Assembly: GCF_035274705.1 (NCBI RefSeq)
Contig: NZ_DATENY010000070.1
Span: 1,288-65,287, forward strand
Direction: 5' to 3'
From: Mycobacterium sp.
GTDB taxonomy: Bacteria; Actinomycetota; Actinomycetes; Mycobacteriales; Mycobacteriaceae
DNA: 64,000 nt
Positions 8,193 through 14,956 of the stretch are shown here, piece after piece; position 1 is the stretch's first letter; each line of letters opens with the position of its first letter. Under the pieces are notes generated by a model. That model was not told the DNA's origin. It did no database searches and worked only from the letters and a program-made list of their open reading frames with translations. The position numbers were made by a program, and so were the translations under genes.

Positions 8193-9451
8193 AGGAACTC
8201 CTTGAGCCGTGGCCACAAACCGACGACAGCCACCACCGCGGCGACCACCATCAGCGCGAGCGTCCCTGTGGGACTCCACGCCAACTCGGCGCCCGCAGAG
8301 GCAACCCGATCGCGCAGCGTGGCGCGGGTTTGTTGGATCTCGTTGCGCAGGCTGGCTTCGACGGCGGCAAATTGCGCTGCCGAACCGTCCGGCTCGGGAC
8401 CGATCGCTTGGGCAACAGCAGCGGAGTAGTCGCCGCCCTCGTAGGCCTGTACCTGCTTGCGGTGACTGGCAGTCCATTTCGTGACGGCATCTTCGGCGGC
8501 CGGCGACCCCGCGTCGAGCAGCTTGGTCAGTTGTTCGATGCGGCTGTTGAACGACTGTTCACGGGCCGTGATGTCACCACGCTCGATCAGCTGCAGGTTC
8601 TCGTCGGTCCGGGCTTGCTGCGCGAGGATGCGAGCCTCCGCCAGGTGCCCGAACCTCGCGGTGCCGTCTGTTCGGCTGGTCTCGATGTTGCCTGCAGCCA
8701 AGCGGGTGACCACGATGATCCACCCGATAACCAGCAACGCCGCGGCGGCGGTGACGATGAGCCCCAAATTGAATTGGCGGTTCGTGCGGCGGACAAGGAT
8801 CACGGAGCCGACAACAATCGCGGCCAGGACGATCCCCAGCAGCACGAGACCGATCGTCGGCACCGAACCGACGGCGCGCTGATGAACGTTGAGCGTCTCC
8901 AGATTCTCGGAGTAGATCTTCTGTGCACTCGGAAGCAGCGAGGTCTGCATCAATGCCGACGCTTCCCTCAAATACGCGGAGCCGATCACGAAGCCCTGCC
9001 GATTGTTCATCCGCGCCGACTCGACCAACCCGGTGTACGCAGCCAGCTTCGCGGACATATCCGCCACAGCGGTGCGGGTTTCTGTATCGGTGGTCCCCGC
9101 GGTCACATCCGTCAGTGCCGACGCGGCGTCGGCGAGGGCTTGCCTGTAGCGCGCCTGCACCGGGACCGTTTCGATCCCGCCGGAAAGGAACGCTGATGCG
9201 GCGGCGGCGTCGGCGGCCGAGAGCGCGGCGTACAGATTCTGCGCGGAGTAGGCGAGCGGCTCGGAGCGGTCAAGAACGGCGTTGTGCTCGGCGATTCGCC
9301 CGTCGAGCTGCCCGCCACAGACCAGCCCGGCAATCACGCAGAAGGCCGCGACGACGACCGCGATGATGCCGACGACTCCGGGCGTGGTGCGGGCGATACG
9401 TCGTACCCACGCCACTAGACCCCCCGTGTCCAGCGTGGGCGCAGACTCCAT
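8189..9451 (-). CDS. GlnX-like integral membrane protein (4 TM segments with two large extracytoplasmic helical regions)
   Basis: 420 aa. Hydrophobic segments GVVGIIAVVVAAFCVIAGLV, IGLVLLGIVLAAIVVGSVILV, LGLIVTAAAALLVIGWIIVV, LALMVVAAVVAVVGLW. It sits upstream of a glnH-like gene and a pknG-like gene, as in the glnX-glnH-pknG arrangement. GGGAGGG Shine-Dalgarno upstream of the ATG. Confidence 0.75.
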   Translation of the reverse strand: MESAPTLDTGGLVAWVRRIARTTPGVVGIIAVVVAAFCVIAGLVCGGQLDGRIAEHNAVLDRSEPLAYSAQNLYAALSAADAAAASAFLSGGIETVPVQARYRQALADAASALTDVTAGTTDTETRTAVADMSAKLAAYTGLVESARMNNRQGFVIGSAYLREASALMQTSLLPSAQKIYSENLETLNVHQRAVGSVPTIGLVLLGIVLAAIVVGSVILVRRTNRQFNLGLIVTAAAALLVIGWIIVVTRLAAGNIETSRTDGTARFGHLAEARILAQQARTDENLQLIERGDITAREQSFNSRIEQLTKLLDAGSPAAEDAVTKWTASHRKQVQAYEGGDYSAAVAQAIGPEPDGSAAQFAAVEASLRNEIQQTRATLRDRVASAGAELAWSPTGTLALMVVAAVVAVVGLWPRLKEFL

Positions 9452-9559
9452 GTCGTTCAGCCCTCCCGACGAGATCGTAATCGCGAGAGGGGCTGCTCGT
9501 ATCAGTGTCTGGATACTTAAGATGCAGGTTGGGGCGCCGCCGGGGGTACTGAGGAGCGC

Positions 9560-10255
9560 TCAGGATGTGGTGTTTACTTCGCTCGAGAGGCGACGCGCAG
9601 CGAAGTCGGCGGCTTGGACTGTCAGGCCGTTGACCGCGTAGAGAGTGTGTGCGCCGTTGTCGTTCCCGCCCGGTGAGCAGATCGGGTCCTCGGGGATACA
9701 CAGGTCGGTGGTCTTCGCCGCGTACAGCGGACCGACTGCGATCGGCGGCGCGGACGTGTTGATCGTCTGTAAGAAGCCGCTCGAGGGCTTACCGAACAAG
9801 GCGACCGCGGCGACATGGTTGGCCACCGAGGCCGGCATCGGCCCGGTGATGCCGGCCGGCAGAGTGAAACCAGGAGGGACCGCGTCCTCGGTGATGTAGC
9901 CGATCACGGCCGCACCTTGGGAGTATCCGCCGAGCACCATCTTGGTGTTCGGACAGGTCGCAGCGATGTCGCGAACCTTGTTGCTCGCGTCGATCACACC
10001 GTCAGCCGCCGTGGCGAAATCGAGCGACGCGGGGTAGTTCACCGGATACACGTCGACCGACTTTCCCGCGGCGAGTGTTCGCAGCGAGTCGACGAACGCC
10101 TCTCCGGTCGAGCCGATACCAGGCGGCTCGAACGTGCCGCGCGCGAACACCACCTCGACGTCCGGGCATGGCGCGGCGGATGCGATAGGAATGCCAGGGC
10201 CTAGCAGGGCTGAACTCATGAGCACCACTGCACCGATTAGACGACTGACAAACAT
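9560..10255 (-). CDS. secreted cutinase-family serine esterase
   Basis: ORF 9560..10354, trimmed to ATG 10255 (MFVSRLIGAVVLMSSALLGPGIPIASA signal peptide). CPDVEVVFARGT, nucleophile GYSQG, and C-terminal Cys pair CIPEDPIC. Confidence 0.85.
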   Translation of the reverse strand: MFVSRLIGAVVLMSSALLGPGIPIASAAPCPDVEVVFARGTFEPPGIGSTGEAFVDSLRTLAAGKSVDVYPVNYPASLDFATAADGVIDASNKVRDIAATCPNTKMVLGGYSQGAAVIGYITEDAVPPGFTLPAGITGPMPASVANHVAAVALFGKPSSGFLQTINTSAPPIAVGPLYAAKTTDLCIPEDPICSPGGNDNGAHTLYAVNGLTVQAADFAARRLSSEVNTTS

Positions 10256-10345
10256 CCCGACCCCGCCTTGAATATGGTTCCTGACGCTCTGCTGGGCCTC
10301 ACGCTCGCTTCGCGCGATCTTGTAACTACCCAAGCTATGCGACGG

Positions 10346-10369
10346 GCAAACCACGTCGGGCGGGTTTGC
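10346..10369 (-). terminator. hairpin downstream of the small secreted-protein gene
   Basis: GCAAACC-9 nt-GGTTTGC (7-bp stem), about 20 nt after the stop at 10388. No U-tract, which is common in mycobacteria. Confidence 0.35.
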
Positions 10370-10387
10370 GTGGCATGGGTCGGCCGA

Positions 10388-10792
10388 CTACAGCCCGCCG
10401 CACCGCGATGGAGCCAAGATCGGGGACCACGGCGGGCAATCCGCCGGTAGAGGCTGCGGCGGAGGAGGCGTGTAAGGCGGCAGAGGAGGTGGAGGTGCAA
10501 CCGCATGCGGAACGCCATGCCACGGATAGATGAAACTGGGGTCGACGTCGACGACGCCCTCGGAGTTCCAGTACCAGTCGTGGCAGATGTTCCAGTCCCA
10601 TGAGATGACCTGGCTGCCCGGAATCAGTGGGTCGCCGGGGCACCAATGCGTGCAGGTCAGCCCGCCCGGACAGTTCCCGCCTTGGTAGCTGGGGCCATCT
10701 GCTTGAGCAGTTCCTGCGGCCAGGCCAAGAGCGGCCAGACCGAGACCACCAGACAGCGCGACGGCAGTTGCGAACCGCGAAACTCGGTTCAT
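10388..10792 (-). CDS. small secreted Cys/Trp-rich protein with Pro-rich C-terminus
   Basis: 134 aa. Signal peptide MNRVSRFATAVALSGGLGLAALGLAAGTAQA. Mature part has conserved-looking Cys (NCPGGLTCTHWCPGD, NICHDWYW) and a PPPPLPPYTPPPPQP tail. Confidence 0.6.
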   Translation of the reverse strand: MNRVSRFATAVALSGGLGLAALGLAAGTAQADGPSYQGGNCPGGLTCTHWCPGDPLIPGSQVISWDWNICHDWYWNSEGVVDVDPSFIYPWHGVPHAVAPPPPLPPYTPPPPQPLPADCPPWSPILAPSRCGGL

Positions 10793-11019
10793 GGTCGGTT
10801 CCTTTCATGACGCGCCACCCGCTGGCGTTGGTAGTTGTCAGTACAGACCGTGGGTGTGGCTACCGATCCCAAAAACGATGCCGTCCTATGCCCACAGCTC
10901 AAGGCTCAAGCCTGGATGGGGAGTTCCTCGCCTTGCTGGGCGGTGCCGACTTGCCGCCTCTAGCTTGAGGTTTCGGCCAATGCACCGAATTCGAGCCGGG
11001 CCACGGATAGCCTGGATGC

Positions 11020-13482
11020 ATGTCGGAGGGGCGGCCGACTTCGGGGACAGTCATCAGGCTGGCTTGGTGCTGCCTGCTGGCCGGAGTGGTGGCGGCGGGG
11101 CTGATGTTCCCTATGGTCGGCGGCATCGGGCTGATATCCAATCGGGCCGCGGACGTGGTCGCAAACGGCTCGGCGCAACTCATCGAGGGTGACGTACCGC
11201 AGGTGTCGACGATGGTCGATACCGAAGGCAACCCGATTGCATGGATCTACACCCAGCGCCGGTTCGAAGTCGCAACCGATCAGATCGCGAACACGATGAA
11301 GCTGGCGATCGTCTCGATCGAGGACAAGAGGTTCGCCGAGCACAACGGTGTGGACTGGCCGGGCACGCTGACCGGGCTGACGGGCTATCTGCGGGGCGAC
11401 CTCGACACCCGCGGCGGTTCGACGATCGAGCAGCAGTACGTCAAGAATTATCAGTTGCTGGTGACGGCACAGACCGACGCCGAGAGGCGGGCCGCTGTCG
11501 CGGTGACGCCGGCACGCAAGCTTCGTGAGATCCGGATGGCGCTGACACTCGACAAGACGTTCAGCAAGGCCGAGATCCTGACCCGCTACCTCAACTTGGT
11601 GTTCTTCGGCAACGGCGCATTCGGCATCCAGGACGCCGCGCAGACCTACTTCGGCATCGACGCCTCGCAGCTGAACTGGCAGCAGGCCGCGCTGCTGGCG
11701 GGAGTCGTGCAGTCGACGAGTCTGCTCGACCCCTACACCAATCCGCAAGGTGCGCTCGACCGGCGAAATGTCGTGTTGGACACGATGATCGAGAATTTGC
11801 CCAAGTATGCCGACGAGTTGCGCGCCGCCAAGGCCCAGGCCTTGGGTGTGCTCCCGCATCCGAACGAGCTTCCGGGTGGCTGCATCGCCGCGGGTGATCG
11901 CGGATTTTTTTGCGACTACGTGCTCGACTACCTGGCGCGGGCCGGCATCAACAAGGAGCAAGTGGCCCGCGGCGGCTATCTGATTCGCACGACGCTGGAG
12001 CCGAAAGTGCAGGCGTCGGTCAAGTCGGCGATCGACAATGTCGCCAGCCCAACGCTCGACAGCGTCGCGAGCGTGATGAGCATGATCAAGCCCGGCAAGG
12101 ATGCGCATCGAGTGATGGCGATGGCGAGCAACCGGACGTATGGGCTCAACGACGACGCCCACGAGACGATGCAGCCACTGCCGTTCTCGCTCGTCGGTGA
12201 TGGGGCGGGCTCGATCTACAAGATCTTCACCACGGCGGCAGCACTCGACATGGGCATGGGCATCAACGCGCAGTTGCAGGTGCCGGGCTCATTCCAGGCC
12301 AGGGGTCTCGGTAGCAGCGAGGCGCCCGGTTGCCCCAAGGAGACATGGTGTGTGAAGAACGCCGGGAATTACCGGGGCTCACTGAATGTCACCGACGCGC
12401 TGGCCACCTCCCCGAACACGGCGTTCGCCAAGTTGATTCAACAGGTGGGGGTTACCCGCGCCGTCGATATGGCGGTGCGGCTTGGGCTGCGGTCCTACGC
12501 GCTTCCGGGAACGGCCCGCGCCTACGACCCGGAGAGTAACGAGAGCCTGGCGGATTTCATCAAGCGGCAGAACATGGGCTCGTTCACTCTGGGTCCGTTC
12601 CAGCTCAATGCGCTCGAGCTTTCGAATGTGGCCGCGACGCTGGCGTCGGGCGGCGTGTGGTGTCCGCCGAGCCCGATCGACAAGATATTCGACCGCCACG
12701 GCAAGGAGGTTTCGTTCGACAGTCAGCCCTGCGACCAGGCGGTGCCCGAGGGGTTGGCGAACACGTTCGCGAACGCATTGAGCAAGGACAGTCAAAGCCC
12801 GGGCACCGCGGCCGGCTCGGCAGCGTCGGTGGGCTGGACTCTGCCGATGTCGGGCAAGACCGGCACCACCGAGTCGCATCGGTCGGCGGGCTTCGTGGGG
12901 TTCACGAATCAGTACGCAGGGGCGGTATACGTCTTCGACGACTCCAACGATCCGGCCGGAATCTGTTCATTTCCATTGCGCAAGTGCTACGGCGGCGACC
13001 TGTACGGCGGAAGCGAGCCCGCCCGCACGTGGTTCGAGGCGATGAAGCCGATCGCAGGCGATTTCGGCGATGTGCATCTTCCGCCGACGGATCCGCGATA
13101 CGTGGAGGGAGCGCCGGGCGGCCGCGTGCCCAGTGTGACCGGGCTGAAGGTGGATGCGGCGCGACAGCGGTTGAGGGAGGCCGGTTTTCAGGTCGCCGAC
13201 CAAACCACGCCGGTGAGCAGTGGCTCGCCGTATGGAGCGGTGGTCGGGACGACGCCGAGCGGTCAGACCATTCCGGGCTCGATCATCACGATCAACATCA
13301 GCAACGGCGTTCCGCCGCCACCGCCGCCACCGCCGGAACCTCCGCCGGGCGAACCGCCAGCCCCTCCCACGGTGGGCATGACGGTGGTCGAGATCCCGGG
13401 GCTGCCGCCGATCACGGTGCCGCTGCTGGGACCGCCGCCGCCTGCAGAACCACCGCCACCACCGCCACCACCGCCACCGTGA
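11020..13482 (+). CDS. class A penicillin-binding protein (GT51 transglycosylase + transpeptidase) with C-terminal PASTA domain and poly-Pro tail
   Basis: 820 aa. N-terminal TM anchor. GT51 motifs IVSIEDKRFAEHNGVD and RKLREIRMAL. Transpeptidase SxxK-type GSIYKIF and KTGTT. PASTA-like VPSVTGLKVDAARQRLREAGFQV. Ends in PPPPPPPPPP. Confidence 0.9.
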   Translation: MSEGRPTSGTVIRLAWCCLLAGVVAAGLMFPMVGGIGLISNRAADVVANGSAQLIEGDVPQVSTMVDTEGNPIAWIYTQRRFEVATDQIANTMKLAIVSIEDKRFAEHNGVDWPGTLTGLTGYLRGDLDTRGGSTIEQQYVKNYQLLVTAQTDAERRAAVAVTPARKLREIRMALTLDKTFSKAEILTRYLNLVFFGNGAFGIQDAAQTYFGIDASQLNWQQAALLAGVVQSTSLLDPYTNPQGALDRRNVVLDTMIENLPKYADELRAAKAQALGVLPHPNELPGGCIAAGDRGFFCDYVLDYLARAGINKEQVARGGYLIRTTLEPKVQASVKSAIDNVASPTLDSVASVMSMIKPGKDAHRVMAMASNRTYGLNDDAHETMQPLPFSLVGDGAGSIYKIFTTAAALDMGMGINAQLQVPGSFQARGLGSSEAPGCPKETWCVKNAGNYRGSLNVTDALATSPNTAFAKLIQQVGVTRAVDMAVRLGLRSYALPGTARAYDPESNESLADFIKRQNMGSFTLGPFQLNALELSNVAATLASGGVWCPPSPIDKIFDRHGKEVSFDSQPCDQAVPEGLANTFANALSKDSQSPGTAAGSAASVGWTLPMSGKTGTTESHRSAGFVGFTNQYAGAVYVFDDSNDPAGICSFPLRKCYGGDLYGGSEPARTWFEAMKPIAGDFGDVHLPPTDPRYVEGAPGGRVPSVTGLKVDAARQRLREAGFQVADQTTPVSSGSPYGAVVGTTPSGQTIPGSIITINISNGVPPPPPPPPEPPPGEPPAPPTVGMTVVEIPGLPPITVPLLGPPPPAEPPPPPPPPPP

Positions 13483-13648
13483 TAGGCGTGTTCAGCGGCG
13501 TGGATGTCGGGCGACTCTGACGCGCGTGGAGCAGATCAACAATCCGCCGCCCACACCGAAGGACGCGACGAACGCGGCCGAGGACCAGCGCGATCAGATC
13601 GCCGACGAGACGTAATTGCGTCTGCGGCCAGTCGAAGGAATGCCCGGC

Positions 13649-14926
13649 TTAAGTCAGGTACTCCCAGCCGAATTCGATCAGCAGCATGTCGTGCCATTCC
13701 TCTCCCGGCGGCGCCGCCCACCCGAGTAGACGCGCCCTACCGATACAGTGCCGCGTCACCCCGACGTGCGAGAAGAACTTTCGGATGGCTGTTCCATTGG
13801 CTTTGTCGGCCGCGAAGACCGACAACACCGTGGTGCCGCTCGGTATCGATCCCTTCACCTTGCGGAATACGGCGTCGTCGCTGATCACCGAGTTCCTTGA
13901 CGCCAGCTTGGCCACGAGACCAGTGAGGTCCGCTTCATACCCGCTGGGGAATGTGTCGATGATGCGGGCGGTCGTCGACCGGGCTTCGTCGACCAGCCGG
14001 GCCGAAGTGATCGCGTGATACGACGGGTTGCCCATCAGATTGATGTAGTGCCAGGCCGGATTTCCGCCGAGCGCCAGCGTTGAGAAGCTCTCTGGCTTAC
14101 TGGTGAAGCTGTTCCCTCCGGGAGAGACGACGTAGGCGACGATGTGACAGCTCGATCTGAGCGCCTTGATTCGGTCCAGCGTCGGCTTGAGGGTGCCGTA
14201 TAGGCAGTCGTAGATGGCGACGACTTCGAGCCGGTCCACAGGGACCAGGCTCTTTGAAATGGTTCCGTGAAAACCTAGGTAGCCCGTGCTGAAGGCGCCG
14301 CACATTGTGATGCTGTACGGGATCAACTTGCCGTACTGATCCGAGATGATGCTTTCGATGGTGGAGACCGTGATGCCGATTCCCCACCGGTTGTTGGCGG
14401 TCAGTCTCTTTTTCTCGGAAGGCTTTGCGGGATTCCAGAACTCGATCTCGTACTTCGGTTCGATGCCCGGAATCACGATCAGCAATGTCGGATCCGCGTT
14501 GTTCTCGACGGCTCCGCAGACGCCGTGTCGGTAGTACTCACTCCCCGTACCGAACAGGAGCTTGACTCGAAGCGTCGGTTGGTCGGGTTTTGACCCGCTC
14601 AGCGCGCGTGCCGCACTGGAGAAGAACGCGGTATATGAAACGTCGTGTTTCCAGCCGGCGATAGTGGGATCGATTCCGCCGCCCTTCGGCAGCATTCGCT
14701 GGTGCGGCAGAGGGTTTGTGGCGCTCCGGGACTTGACGGCGTGCTTGTTGGTGAAGCCGTCGAACATCTCGATGGTTCCCGAGCCCGGTACGTCGTTGCC
14801 TTTACTGTCCAACTTGATTTGGGTGACGCTGCGGGTGACGGCGGTCGATGACCGGTCGGCGGTAAAGAACGCGTCGCTGTTCAGTGCGCGCGGTGAACCC
14901 GCAAGGCGTGCTGTCTCGGGGTCCAT
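13649..14926 (-). CDS. hypothetical protein (425 aa), partner of the LysM protein; possible alpha/beta-hydrolase-like nucleophile elbow
   Basis: ORF 13649..14926, 30 nt downstream of the LysM gene on the same strand. Lower GC than the flanks. No signal peptide. Hydrophobic strand plus LIPYSITMCGAFSTGYLG (A-F-S-T-G). No family recognised. Confidence 0.7.
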   Translation of the reverse strand: MDPETARLAGSPRALNSDAFFTADRSSTAVTRSVTQIKLDSKGNDVPGSGTIEMFDGFTNKHAVKSRSATNPLPHQRMLPKGGGIDPTIAGWKHDVSYTAFFSSAARALSGSKPDQPTLRVKLLFGTGSEYYRHGVCGAVENNADPTLLIVIPGIEPKYEIEFWNPAKPSEKKRLTANNRWGIGITVSTIESIISDQYGKLIPYSITMCGAFSTGYLGFHGTISKSLVPVDRLEVVAIYDCLYGTLKPTLDRIKALRSSCHIVAYVVSPGGNSFTSKPESFSTLALGGNPAWHYINLMGNPSYHAITSARLVDEARSTTARIIDTFPSGYEADLTGLVAKLASRNSVISDDAVFRKVKGSIPSGTTVLSVFAADKANGTAIRKFFSHVGVTRHCIGRARLLGWAAPPGEEWHDMLLIEFGWEYLT

Positions 14927-14956
14927 TCCCGCAAACCTGTTGCCAGAGCCTCGGAC

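Noticed and set aside
7230-8477. The full-length 415-aa version of the GlnH-like ORF, which overlaps the GlnX-like gene by 289 nt.
   Set aside because: The N-terminal extension is Arg/Cys-rich junk. A GTG at 8192 gives a proper lipoprotein signal peptide and a GTGA coupling overlap.
10960-12162. 400-aa minus-strand ORF antisense to the PBP gene. The same applies to other long antisense or out-of-frame ORFs such as 58808..61042(-), 32973..34646(+), 35694..36959(-), 62845..63783(-), 18926..19948(-), 15554..16648(+), 25832..27112(+) and 41499..42662(+).
   Set aside because: They have the Arg/Gly/Pro/His-rich compositions typical of the wrong frame in high-GC DNA. Each lies fully inside a gene with clear family motifs on the other strand or frame, and none has a recognisable domain.
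13483-13648. A possible left att site or integrase remnant for the low-GC cassette, and the small ORFs 13504..13884(+) and 13536..13721(-).
   Set aside because: By eye I found no copy of the tRNA-Thr 3' segment and no recombinase-like translation. The ORFs have wrong-frame composition. Only a weak 5-bp hairpin (AGACG-TAATTG-CGTCT) is present. An exhaustive repeat search was not possible by hand.
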